Source: Minisyncoccota bacterium (lineage in GTDB: Bacteria > Patescibacteriota > Minisyncoccia > Moranbacterales > UBA2206). Taken from it: a stretch of DNA of 64,000 bases. A program made the translations under genes and the position numbers. Where the stretch lies: NCBI GenBank assembly GCA_031291955.1, contig JARLIA010000009.1, positions 1,772 through 65,771 of the forward strand, given 5' to 3'. Of the stretch, positions 18,216 to 28,529 are shown one piece after another. The stretch's first letter is position 1. Each line of letters begins with the position of its first letter. The notes beneath the pieces are model-generated. The model was not told the DNA's origin. It searched no databases and worked only from the letters and a program-made list of their open reading frames with translations.

Positions 18216-20066
18216 ATGAAGAAAACAAAATTTTTTGATTTCGACCGTTTTCTTTTCGCAGCGCTAGTTTTGGTCCTGGCTGGATATTACGGAAAAATTA
18301 TTCCGCCATTTTGGGACGATTCTCTCTTGGCTTTTTTTGCCAGTATCGGCACTCTGCCAGTTCTCCTTTCGGCCGCCCGCTCCGTCCGGCAGAAAAAGAT
18401 TAATGTTGATCTTCTGGCGGCCGTCGCTTTAATCGTCTCCATTCTTAATTTGCAATGGGCTTCGGCCGTTTTCATAAACCTAATGCTAACCTCGGCCCGG
18501 ATCCTGGCCGACTATACCGACCAAAAATCCCGCCGGGCCATCAAGAGTCTTCTAAAGCTCCGCCCCGAGCGAGTCAAGATTAAAAAAGACGGCACGATTT
18601 CCAAGGTATCCGTTTCCAAAATAAAAAAGGGCGACTTGGTCGTAATCGAAATGGGAGACCGAATTCCGGTCGATGGCACCGTGATCAGTGGCGAAGCACT
18701 GCTTGACCAGTCCTCCCTCACCGGAGAATCGTTGCCGATCGAGAAAGCCAAGGGTGACAAAGTTCTAAGTTCCACCCTCAATGTTTCCGGTTCGCTCATC
18801 ATCAGTGCCGAAAAGGTGGGAAAGGATACTACTTTTGAAAAAATCATCCACTTAGTGGAACAATCCCAGCAAGACAAAAAAGGCATTGTAACCCTGGCTG
18901 ACAAGTTTGCCAGCATCTATATCATCGCCAGTTTCATTGGCGCTCTCGTTATCTATTTTGTTTCCGGCAGTCTGACTTTGGTTCTTTCCGTTTTATTAGT
19001 CACTTGTGCCGACGATATTGCCGTAGCCATCCCCATGGCTTTTTCGGCCGCAATCGGAACAGCCGCCCGGCAAGGCATTATCATAAAAGGCGGCACCTAC
19101 CTCGAAGGTTTGGCCAAGGTTAAAACACTGCTTCTGGATAAAACAGGTACCATCACCAAAGGCCGGCTCCGCGTGGCCAAAATTATCCCCTTGACCGATC
19201 TGGATAAAGACGAAATTTTGCGGCTGGCTGCCATGGCCGAATTTTTCTCCGAGCATCCGATTGCCAAATCCATCATCCGGGCGGCCGAAGAAAAAAAACT
19301 GTCTTTTGAAAAACCGGAGGATTTTTCCGAGGTTTCCGGCAAAGGTTCATCAGCTGTTTGGAGAAACAAAACGATCCTTTGCGGAAAAAGAAAATTTTTT
19401 GAAGAACGCCGCTTTCATTTTTCTCCGGAACAGAATAAGACCCTGGATAATTTGACCCGAAAAGAAGTCGGCAACATCATGCTTGTTGGTTACGGAGAAA
19501 ATTTGATCGGATTCATCGTGCTGGAAGACGAAGTGCGGGCCGAAGTCAAAGATTCGTTGGTTAAGTTAAAGAATTTAGGCGTGGAAAACATCATCATGCT
19601 AACCGGTGACAATCTGCAAACAGCCCAAGAAGTGGCCCGGGAGATCAAGGTGGACGCCTGGCACGCCGACCTCCTCCCTCAGGATAAACTAGTTTATCTG
19701 CGAAAATATTTAAAGGGAAACGGAAAGACGGCCATGATCGGCGACGGCGTCAATGACGCCGCCGCTCTGGCGCTGGCCGATGTGGGAATTGCCATGGGAG
19801 CCATCGGCACCGACGCCGCCATCGAAGCGGCTGACGTGGCTCTCATGCGGGACGATTTTTCCGAAGTGCCGCGGGCGTTCGCGCTCGGGCGAAGTGTCAT
19901 GCGCGTTGCCCGCCAGAATTTTTTTCTCTGGGCGGTCGTCAACGCAGCCGGTTTGTTTTTGGTTTTTGCCCACGTAATTGGACCGCAAGGCGCAGCTGCT
20001 TATAACTTCGTAACCGACTTTTTCCCGATTGCCAATTCTCTCCGACTCTTTTCCTATAAAGTCTGA
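18216..20066 (+). CDS. P-type ATPase, P1B-like core without N-terminal metal-binding domain; TM6 CPC motif replaced by TCA
   Basis: DKTGTITKG phosphorylation site, SEHPIA (the HP motif of P1B ATPases), GDGVNDAAAL hinge. This aligns with the copA in this window, where [11 protein letters not shown] corresponds to VLLVTCADDIA here. Confidence 0.7.
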   Translation: MKKTKFFDFDRFLFAALVLVLAGYYGKIIPPFWDDSLLAFFASIGTLPVLLSAARSVRQKKINVDLLAAVALIVSILNLQWASAVFINLMLTSARILADYTDQKSRRAIKSLLKLRPERVKIKKDGTISKVSVSKIKKGDLVVIEMGDRIPVDGTVISGEALLDQSSLTGESLPIEKAKGDKVLSSTLNVSGSLIISAEKVGKDTTFEKIIHLVEQSQQDKKGIVTLADKFASIYIIASFIGALVIYFVSGSLTLVLSVLLVTCADDIAVAIPMAFSAAIGTAARQGIIIKGGTYLEGLAKVKTLLLDKTGTITKGRLRVAKIIPLTDLDKDEILRLAAMAEFFSEHPIAKSIIRAAEEKKLSFEKPEDFSEVSGKGSSAVWRNKTILCGKRKFFEERRFHFSPEQNKTLDNLTRKEVGNIMLVGYGENLIGFIVLEDEVRAEVKDSLVKLKNLGVENIIMLTGDNLQTAQEVAREIKVDAWHADLLPQDKLVYLRKYLKGNGKTAMIGDGVNDAAALALADVGIAMGAIGTDAAIEAADVALMRDDFSEVPRAFALGRSVMRVARQNFFLWAVVNAAGLFLVFAHVIGPQGAAAYNFVTDFFPIANSLRLFSYKV

Positions 20067-20132
20067 AATCAGCCAGCGGTTGCTTTTTGGGTAAAACTAT
20101 GCTATACTGGAAACAGAATAGAGGAAAAGGAA

Positions 20133-20156
20133 AACGGGTGGATCCCCGTTTTTTGC
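20133..20156 (+). terminator. Rho-independent terminator of the P-type ATPase gene
   Basis: aacggg-tggatc-cccgtt hairpin plus a T6 tract. Confidence 0.75.
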
Positions 20157-20195
20157 CTTTTTAAAAGCTGATTTTGCCAAAAGTAATATAAAAAA

Positions 20196-20819
20196 ATGAA
20201 ACCGACCACCCAAAATTCGACTCCTGAAAATCCCTTCCGCCACCGCTTCGACTCGCATGGTGCCAGGAAAATCATCCTCTTGTTTTTGATCGTGCTGGTC
20301 CTATTCTTTGATTTGGTGATTTTAGGTTGGAGCAAAATGATTGCCAGAGAATTCAAACCTCAGCAAATTTCTCAAAACCTCCCCACCCCCATGGAACGGA
20401 ATATTGGCCGCATGACCCGAGGATACCCGATTGAAAAAATGACGCCGCTCATCGCGCGTCAAAACAAAACTACGGCCGCCTTCTTGGTGAGTGTCGCCAA
20501 ACAAGAAAGTGATTGGGGCAATCATGTGCCGGTGCTCGATGGCCAGGATTGTTACAACTATTGGGGTTTCCGCGGTCAAAGCGTGCGCATGTCTCACGAT
20601 GGTTTCACTTGTTTCGACAATCCACAACAGGCGGTCAACACGGTCGCCAAGCGTTTCAACAATCTCATCAACAATTCCAGTTTGGATACCCCGCAAGAGA
20701 TGGTCGTTTGGGAATGCGGACATGACTGCGCCAACCGCTCTTCACAAGAAACTTCCACCTGGATCAATGGCGTCAGTTATTATTTCGACAAGCTCTGTCC
20801 AAACAGGGACCAGGGATAA
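20196..20819 (+). CDS. hypothetical membrane-anchored protein (possible lysozyme/transglycosylase-like ES motif)
   Basis: N-terminal TM; VAKQESDWGN resembles the catalytic Glu-Ser of lytic transglycosylases, but the match is weak. Confidence 0.35.
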   Translation: MKPTTQNSTPENPFRHRFDSHGARKIILLFLIVLVLFFDLVILGWSKMIAREFKPQQISQNLPTPMERNIGRMTRGYPIEKMTPLIARQNKTTAAFLVSVAKQESDWGNHVPVLDGQDCYNYWGFRGQSVRMSHDGFTCFDNPQQAVNTVAKRFNNLINNSSLDTPQEMVVWECGHDCANRSSQETSTWINGVSYYFDKLCPNRDQG

Positions 20820-20852
20820 CTAAAAAAAGTTTATTTCCTCTTCCTAAAATAA

Positions 20853-20886
20853 AGTCTCCGCATTCAAGTATGCGGGAGACTTTTTT
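20853..20886. terminator. bidirectional Rho-independent terminator between convergent genes
   Basis: gtctccgcat-tcaagt-atgcgggagac hairpin flanked by A7 (20822-20828) and T6 (20881-20886). A second perfect hairpin, ctgccgcat-tttaag-atgcggcag, lies at 20946-20969 just beyond the copA stop. Confidence 0.75.
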
Positions 20887-20974
20887 ATTTTTAGCTAAGT
20901 CCCGTAATTACAACCCGTGAGACTGAAGTGCATTACCATTCTTTCCTGCCGCATTTTAAGATGCGGCAGTATTT

Positions 20975-23161
20975 CTATGTTGAATTGTTCTTTTTTATGA
21001 TCCGCAAGCTGTTCATCACCACCGAAACCGAGCTGAACGCCATCGCGGTAGCCGCAATGGTCGGATTAAGGAATCCGAGGGCGGCCAAAGGAATGGCGAC
21101 GATGTTGTAGAAAAAAGCCCAGAACAGATTTTGCTTGATAGTTTTAAAAGTAATTTTGGAAAGCTTGATCACCTCCAACACTTTATTGAGATTATTTTGC
21201 ATCAAGATTACTTGGCCGGCTTCTTTGGCAATGTCCGCTCCGCCGCCCATGGCAATACCCAAATCCGCTTGAACTAAACTCGGCGCGTCGTTGATGCCGT
21301 CGCCAGCAAAAATTATCTTCTCGCCCTGCGCCTGCAGTTTTTTGATCGCGGCCGCTTTTTCGTCCGGCAAAACTTCGGCGATAATATTTTCTATTCCCAA
21401 CTGGCGCCCGACCGCTTCGGCCGTTTTCCGGTTGTCGCCAGTAATCATAGCCACTTTCAGTCCGAGAGATTTTATTTTTTCAATCACTTCCTCAGCCTCT
21501 TCGCGCGCTTCATCGGCCACATCTAGCGCGCCAATAACTTTCCCATCATAAGCCACAAAAAGGTTCGCTCCCGACTTGGACATTTGATGTCCAAGCGAAA
21601 ATGCGCCCTTATCCGACATGAATTTCGCATTGCCAAGAATAATTTCTTTCTCGTCAAAAGAAAGATTGGCCACCACTCCTTTTCCCCTCACTTCGGAAAA
21701 ATTTCTAATTTCCAAAAGCGGAATATTTCTACTTTCGGCATATTTAAAAACGGCGCGCGACAACGGATGTTCTGAATTTCTAGCAAGAGATACCGCGATT
21801 TCCAAAATTCGGTCCGTATCGGTGCCCGGCTCTGAAAAGATATTTTTTATTTCCGGTTTTCCCTTGGTCAGCGTGCCGGTCTTGTCGAAAACCGCCATAG
21901 TGATATTTTTGGCCCGCTCGAAACTCTCCCCGTTTTTGAAAAGTATCCCTTCGCGCGCGCCGCGTCCTGAGCCGACCATAATGGCCGTGGGCGTCGCCAG
22001 CCCTAAAGCACACGGGCAAGCAATCACTAAAACCGCCACGGCGTTGATGAGTGATGCAGAAAAGTTGCCCGACAAGACATACCAGACTAAAAAAGTGACG
22101 CCCGCGATGCCAATTACCATGGGCACAAATATTCCCGCCACTTGATCGGCCAGTTTTTGGATCGGCGCTTTCGAGCCTTGCGCCTCTTCGACAGTTTTAA
22201 CAATTTGGGAAAGCACGGTGCCTTCGCCAGTCTTGGTCACTTTTATTTTTATAACGCCATCCTGGTTAAGCGTGGCGCCATAAACTTTGGCGGAAATATC
22301 TTTTTCCACCGGCAGTGACTCTCCCGTCAGCATTGATTCGTCCACGTTGGATTCGCCTCCTACGACTTCGCCGTCCAGCGGAATTTTCTCGCCCGGTTTT
22401 ACCAGCAGGATATCGCCGATTTTAATTTCATCCACATCCATTTCCTGTTCATTGTTGCCGACTACGCGCCGCGCTTTCTTGGCGCCCAACTCCATTAGTT
22501 TGGCCATCGCCTCCCCGGCCCGTCCAGTGGAGAGACTTTCAAAATATTTTCCCAAAAGAATCAAGGCCGTGATAAGGGCCGCCGACTCGAAATATGTCTC
22601 TTTTCCAGCGAAAGCCGCCCACAAACTGTAAAAAAACGCAATCAAGGTGCCGAGCGAAACCAGCGTATCCATATTCACCCGAAAACGCTTGATCTGCCGG
22701 AAGGCCATTTTGTGAAAGCGCCGACCGAAATAAAACGCCACAATTCCGGCTAAAACGATATTGATCCAAACAATTATATCCAAACTGAAAAATATCATTC
22801 CGGTTTCAATTTTGAAAAACATCTGAAAAAGGAGCGGCAAACTCAAGACGCCCGCCCAGACAAATTCTTTTAGATTGGTCGCTGGATCTTTTGCCGCATA
22901 ACGATGGTCACCGTAATCCGCCAACTGGTCGTCTTCGGCGATATCATAGCCATTTCCCCGGATTACTTTCTTAACCCGTTCTTCGGTCAATCTGTCCGTA
23001 TCGTAATCCACGTAGGCTTTTTGAGCGGCAAAATTAACGGTAGCCGAAATAATCCCTTCAGTCTTAGTCAAGGCTTTTTCATTGGAAAGCGCGCAACTGG
23101 CACAATGCATGCCGGTTACTTTCAAAATAATCTTCTTTTTATTCATAAAATTAAAACCCAT
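20975..23161 (-). CDS. copA: copper-translocating P1B-type ATPase
   Basis: N-terminal [13 protein letters not shown] (MxCxxC), CPC in TM6, DKTGTLT, HP motif (SEHPL), GDGINDAP. Confidence 0.95.
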   Translation of the reverse strand: MGFNFMNKKKIILKVTGMHCASCALSNEKALTKTEGIISATVNFAAQKAYVDYDTDRLTEERVKKVIRGNGYDIAEDDQLADYGDHRYAAKDPATNLKEFVWAGVLSLPLLFQMFFKIETGMIFFSLDIIVWINIVLAGIVAFYFGRRFHKMAFRQIKRFRVNMDTLVSLGTLIAFFYSLWAAFAGKETYFESAALITALILLGKYFESLSTGRAGEAMAKLMELGAKKARRVVGNNEQEMDVDEIKIGDILLVKPGEKIPLDGEVVGGESNVDESMLTGESLPVEKDISAKVYGATLNQDGVIKIKVTKTGEGTVLSQIVKTVEEAQGSKAPIQKLADQVAGIFVPMVIGIAGVTFLVWYVLSGNFSASLINAVAVLVIACPCALGLATPTAIMVGSGRGAREGILFKNGESFERAKNITMAVFDKTGTLTKGKPEIKNIFSEPGTDTDRILEIAVSLARNSEHPLSRAVFKYAESRNIPLLEIRNFSEVRGKGVVANLSFDEKEIILGNAKFMSDKGAFSLGHQMSKSGANLFVAYDGKVIGALDVADEAREEAEEVIEKIKSLGLKVAMITGDNRKTAEAVGRQLGIENIIAEVLPDEKAAAIKKLQAQGEKIIFAGDGINDAPSLVQADLGIAMGGGADIAKEAGQVILMQNNLNKVLEVIKLSKITFKTIKQNLFWAFFYNIVAIPLAALGFLNPTIAATAMAFSSVSVVMNSLRIIKKNNST

Positions 23162-23170
23162 TAACTATCA

Positions 23171-24559
23171 CTACTCAATTATAAATTTCCCTGTATACAT
23201 CCCCATCGAACAGCTAAAGGCGATTGTGCCGGTTTGAGTGGGGGTAAATTCGATGTCGTTTTCTCCAGAATTCAAATGCTGACTGATGTTATAGGCCGGC
23301 ATTTCGATGGTCGAAGCGCATGAATACGGTTCTCGGCCGTTGATCTCCCATTTGACCGGCACGCCCTTTTTGATCGTAAACTCATGGGGCGAATAACCAT
23401 TCCCGTTTTCTTCCATATGAACAACTTGCGCGCCGTTTTCCATCGTCACGTTCGGATTATTTTGAGGCGCACTGTCGGGAGCGGCAGTCACAGCAATTTG
23501 GTTGGGATTTTGAGGCGCTGAATTTAATTGCAAGCCGCCAAGAGTAAAACCGTTCCGAATATTGACCAAGGCAAAAAGAATAACCAAAACACCTGCGAAT
23601 TTGAAAAACCGCTTGGCCAAAGTTCCGCGAACGGCGGCCGTCAAACCCCCGATCCCCAAAAGGCCAGGCACCGTCCCCAAAGCAAAAGTACCCATCACCA
23701 ACGCCCCGCCCAGGAAACTCCCGGTGCTAACGGCAAAGATCTGCATGGCTTGCGTGAAACCGCAGGGCAGAAAAAATGTCAGAATGCCCAGCGGAAAAGC
23801 CGCTTCCCCGTTTTCCTTTGCTTTGCGTCCGAAAAGACCGAAAGTGCGACTGACCGATTTTGGCAGAGTCAGCTTGAACGAACTGACAACCGGAAAAATT
23901 TCAATCAGTTGAAGACCCATCAGCAGCATAACCAGTCCCACTAGAACCATAATAACGGCCAGCGCCAGGCCGGAAAGCTGGAAAACCGAACCGATCATCC
24001 CCAGAAGCCCGCCCAAAAGAGCAAAGCCCAGAACCCGACCCAGATTGAAATAAAGGTGGGGTTTGATTTTTTCAACGATCGAAGATTGCGGATGCTTTTC
24101 GGCGTAGCGGGTGGAAATCCCCAGCACTAAGCCGCCCACCACCACCATGCACGATGAAACCCCGGCCGTAAGACCAACCAAAAGAATCACCAAAAAACCG
24201 GTCGGGGCGCTGGCCACACCGCCGAGATTAATATCGATAAGTCCCAGGCTTTTCAAAATGAAATAGATTCCAAAAATAAGGAGGAGGGCCACGCCTAGAT
24301 CCTTATAATCGCTCGGATTTTTGCTGACGAAAAATTTTTTTTCGGAAGAACCGACGGAATAGCCAGCCACCCGAATCGCTTCTTCCACTTTTTTATCGTC
24401 CGGTTTTTTATTTTCGTAAAATATTTCCACCGCCCCTCGCTTGGAACTGGCGATTGTTTTTTCCACGCCGGAAATTTTTCCCAATTCGTCTTCAATGGCC
24501 ATTTCGCACGATCGGCAATGCATCCCGGCAATCTTCAAAACGATTTTTTGGTTAGCCAT
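23171..24559 (-). CDS. HMA-domain membrane protein: N-terminal heavy-metal-associated domain, polytopic permease (DsbD_2/TauE-like, two conserved Cys), C-terminal cupredoxin-like domain
   Basis: GMHCRSCEMAIE HMA motif; about 8 TM segments with VSSCMVV and FFLPCGFTQ cysteines; C-terminal ~110 aa soluble domain with H/C/M-rich motifs (VVHMEENG...SCASTIEMP...SCSMGMY). Confidence 0.6.
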   Translation of the reverse strand: MANQKIVLKIAGMHCRSCEMAIEDELGKISGVEKTIASSKRGAVEIFYENKKPDDKKVEEAIRVAGYSVGSSEKKFFVSKNPSDYKDLGVALLLIFGIYFILKSLGLIDINLGGVASAPTGFLVILLVGLTAGVSSCMVVVGGLVLGISTRYAEKHPQSSIVEKIKPHLYFNLGRVLGFALLGGLLGMIGSVFQLSGLALAVIMVLVGLVMLLMGLQLIEIFPVVSSFKLTLPKSVSRTFGLFGRKAKENGEAAFPLGILTFFLPCGFTQAMQIFAVSTGSFLGGALVMGTFALGTVPGLLGIGGLTAAVRGTLAKRFFKFAGVLVILFALVNIRNGFTLGGLQLNSAPQNPNQIAVTAAPDSAPQNNPNVTMENGAQVVHMEENGNGYSPHEFTIKKGVPVKWEINGREPYSCASTIEMPAYNISQHLNSGENDIEFTPTQTGTIAFSCSMGMYTGKFIIE

Positions 24560-24569
24560 AAAATTTTAA

Positions 24570-24836
24570 TCATTCACTTAGTTTATTAATCGCCAGAATC
24601 TCGGCAATCATTTCTTTTTTTCTTCTCTCATTCGTTCCCCGCATAGCGGCTGCAAAGCAACTATTGAGATGTCCCTCCAAAACCCGCCCATTAGCCGATT
24701 TCAAAAGGCCGATGACCGCCAGGTTCTGTTGGATGATGTCAATGCAATATTCGCCGTCCTCCACCATCCGGATGATGTTGCCCAAATGGCTGTGCGCCTT
24801 CTTGAGCGCGATGATTGTTTTTTTATTCTCTTCCAT
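24570..24836 (-). CDS. csoR: CsoR/RcnR-family metal-sensing transcriptional repressor
   Basis: 88 aa; the C-H-C metal-ligand pattern of the family (YCIDI...H...C) and the KKAHSHLGNIIRM helix. Confidence 0.85.
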   Translation of the reverse strand: MEENKKTIIALKKAHSHLGNIIRMVEDGEYCIDIIQQNLAVIGLLKSANGRVLEGHLNSCFAAAMRGTNERRKKEMIAEILAINKLSE

Positions 24837-24968
24837 ATGGTTTGAAAAATTTAAGATTTTGATTATACCTCCCCCCTAGGTACATTATATCTGGTCATTG
24901 GGACATGTCAACTCAAAAGAATAAAGAAAGCCGCCTTTTTGTAATAATGACAGCCCATCCAAAAATAT

Positions 24969-25316
24969 ATGCTCAAAACCAAGCGCATTTATGAAAAACC
25001 GGAAAAAAGTGACGGAACCCGGGTTCTAGTTGATCGCTTATGGCCGCGCGGGGTCAAAAAAGAAGAAGCTCTCATTGATTTATGGTTGAAAGAAGCGGCT
25101 CCCAGTCTCCGCCTCCGGCAATGGTATGCCCATGATCCGCGCCGCTGGCAGGATTTCAAAAAGAAATATTTCCGGGAATTAAAAGATAAGAACGATCTCA
25201 CTAAAAAAATCGCTTCCATGAATAAAAGGCATGTCGTAACGCTTCTTTTTGCCGCCAAAGAAGAGCGGATGAATCAAGCCGACGCGCTGAAGCAGTTCAT
25301 TGAGAAGAATTATTAA
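24969..25316 (+). CDS. DUF488 family protein
   Basis: The RVLVDRLWPRGVKKE...W.KEAAPS..LR.WY motif is typical of DUF488. Confidence 0.75.
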   Translation: MLKTKRIYEKPEKSDGTRVLVDRLWPRGVKKEEALIDLWLKEAAPSLRLRQWYAHDPRRWQDFKKKYFRELKDKNDLTKKIASMNKRHVVTLLFAAKEERMNQADALKQFIEKNY

Positions 25317-25321
25317 CTATA

Positions 25322-25364
25322 AAAAGGGCTAAGCATAAATTTGCTCAACCCTTTATATTTTTTC
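25322..25364 (+). terminator. Rho-independent terminator after the DUF488 gene
   Basis: aaagggct...aaccctttat stem-loop followed by T8. Confidence 0.6.
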
Positions 25365-25554
25365 CTGGAAGAGTCCAGGGCTAATCCTTCTCTAGCGACC
25401 CATTTTCCGGAACAGGCTTTCCACTGTCCGCATAATCATCCTCTCAATCAGACTGATAAGTGTGGGGCATAAGAGCCACCTCCTTCTTTATTTTGACATG
25501 TGGCAAGTGCGCTTGCGCAAGGTTCTGCGCTTTTTCGTGCCTGCCAAATAACGA

Positions 25555-25857
25555 CTACGGACTTTCAAAAATTCCGTAACTTCCCCCTCCGAACCGGGCG
25601 TTATGTCCTTCGGGTGTGATACGTTGATCGTATGCCACCGCAGGCCAAAGAGATTCCCTCTGAACAAAAGCCACTCCGGGATTTTCTTTCACAATCACCT
25701 CAGCCTCGGAAAAATTAACTGCCGACCCACAATCCAAGGTAATCACATTTCCTCGGATTTTAACCCCAAGATTGCCTGGAACACTCTTTTCGATTTCCGC
25801 CGAAATTTCCGCCACCCTAGAGATGTGACTGTTCTTGATGAAAGCATGAATAATCAT
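25555..25857 (-). CDS. hypothetical 100-aa protein
   Basis: Good RBS (aaagggg, 5-nt spacer) before the ATG; no motif recognised. Confidence 0.45.
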   Translation of the reverse strand: MIIHAFIKNSHISRVAEISAEIEKSVPGNLGVKIRGNVITLDCGSAVNFSEAEVIVKENPGVAFVQRESLWPAVAYDQRITPEGHNARFGGGSYGIFESP

Positions 25858-25875
25858 GATAACCCCTTTCTTTTC

Positions 25876-26031
25876 TTACCAATTCTCCTCTACGTAGCAA
25901 AATTCCGCCTCGGATAGTTTGGCCAAAAAATCACACAGATTATCATGCGCTCCATTGCCCAAAAGAGATGTCTGCTTCCTCAACTCTTCCTCGATACATG
26001 CAGGCCTAACTTTTTTTTCATCGAATGCCAT
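25876..26031 (-). CDS. hypothetical 51-aa protein with 3 Cys (MAFDEKKVRPACIEEELRKQTSLLGNGAHDNLCDFLAKLSEAEFCYVEENW)
   Basis: Read by hand; ends 18 nt upstream of the next gene. GGGGGTG SD-like sequence upstream. Below the ORF-track size cutoff. Confidence 0.35.
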   Translation of the reverse strand: MAFDEKKVRPACIEEELRKQTSLLGNGAHDNLCDFLAKLSEAEFCYVEENW

Positions 26032-26071
26032 TTCCAAACGAACACCCCCTCTCTATTTTTTTAAGAACTAA

Positions 26072-26100
26072 AAAACCGATCTCCCTACGAGATCGGTTTT
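26072..26100. terminator. strong stem-loop (aaaaccgatctc-cctacg-agatcggtttt), terminator/attenuator-like; strand ambiguous
   Basis: 11-bp perfect stem with A/T flanks, immediately upstream (minus sense) of the 51-aa ORF. Confidence 0.45.
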
Positions 26101-26270
26101 GGACTTGGGAAAATGTTTTTGAAGCTTAGACTTGATTCATTTTCACGAAACCAAAACCGATCTGGAAGAACCAGAAATAAAAGAAGTTAAAGCTAAAATA
26201 GTTGTTGGTCTGCTTTCTCATAATATGATGTTAGCAAGGGTTGGTTTTTTTGTCAATATATACATAGACC

Positions 26271-26302
26271 AGAAAAAAGACCGGTTTTTGCTAAAACCGG
26301 TC
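26271..26302 (-). terminator. Rho-independent terminator of the Cys-rich gene
   Basis: agaccggtttt-tgcta-aaaccggtct hairpin with a T7 tract on the minus strand. Confidence 0.7.
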
Positions 26303-26336
26303 TGGGGCCATTTGGCCAGTGGCGGGCTGCTGCCCA

Positions 26337-26690
26337 TCAACAATTCGCCGAGGGAACCACAAAAGCGTTTCCGGCAGATTTTACGGCGTCTTTGCACAAA
26401 TGGACATTGTTAGCATGAAAGCAGCAAGCGGAACATCTGGGATTCGTCCCAATCTTTTTGCCACATTCTTGACATATCGAGATTTGTAGTCCCATGTCTT
26501 TTCGAACACCTTCCATTTCCATAACTTCTCCTTTCGCGCTAAGGTAAAAAACGCAAGTATCTTGTTGCTGACAGCCCGGATGGCCATCATTCCTCTTTTC
26601 ACCAAAACATTCTTGGATACATACCCCTTTCTTCCTTCCTTGGTTTTTTTTCATGATGGATTCTCCCTGAATAGACGAAGCCCGGGACAT
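26337..26690 (-). CDS. Cys-rich small protein (11 Cys; CxxxC, CxxC and CC motifs), candidate metal-binding protein; alternative start at 26654 (MKKNQ...)
   Basis: GVCIQECFGEKRNDGHPGCQQQDTCVFY...ICQECGKKIGTNPRCSACCFHANNVHLC. Own terminator downstream; a promoter with gtattataat -10 and an operator-like palindrome in the 5' UTR. Confidence 0.5.
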   Translation of the reverse strand: MSRASSIQGESIMKKNQGRKKGVCIQECFGEKRNDGHPGCQQQDTCVFYLSAKGEVMEMEGVRKDMGLQISICQECGKKIGTNPRCSACCFHANNVHLCKDAVKSAGNAFVVPSANC

Positions 26691-26840
26691 CTTTTCTCAT
26701 AAACACATCTGCCTTGAAAAATGGTTCCGGAACAAATATGGCATCTGCCGCAAATTATAATACGGACACATCTATTTGCCTCTCGGATAAAAAATGTTTT
26801 TAAGGTACGCATCTTTTTCTCCTTTTGCGACGCGGCGCAT

Positions 26841-26875
26841 AATTTGCCTAAAAACAAAAACGCCCCCGCCTGAGC
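26841..26875 (-). terminator. Rho-independent terminator of rpoD
   Basis: GC-rich hairpin gcccccgc-ctga-gcggggc followed on the minus strand by gtttttgttttt. Confidence 0.75.
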
Positions 26876-27051
26876 GGGGCCGTTCGGGTTTTGAGAAAAA
26901 CTTTTCAATCAAAACTCAAATAGTGCCGCCTTGGCGGTATTATTATTGTTTTGATTATTATTGTTTCTCTGCTTCATAAAAATATCTTAGCACTTCCAAA
27001 AATATTGTCAAATTCGATTCCATTCGCTAAAATTCGCTCGTCTTTCGCGAT

Positions 27052-28404
<1,353 letters not shown>

Positions 28405-28529
28405 ATGAATAAATAAAACTTTACAATTTACTCTTCGTGCGGCCACGCTTAATTATTACAAAAATATCCGGCTATATAGTTAAAACGACAAGCACCCGCG
28501 ATGAGGCGGGAAACATAAAAAAAATTATT

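Noticed and set aside
26132-26413. 93-aa plus-strand ORF in the small-gene island
   Set aside because: It spans the hairpin terminator at 26271-26302 and overlaps the better-supported minus-strand Cys-rich gene. Likely spurious.
26651-26908. 85-aa minus-strand ORF upstream of the Cys-rich gene
   Set aside because: It overlaps the rpoD terminator hairpin and the promoter/operator region of the Cys-rich gene, so it is more plausibly non-coding regulatory DNA.
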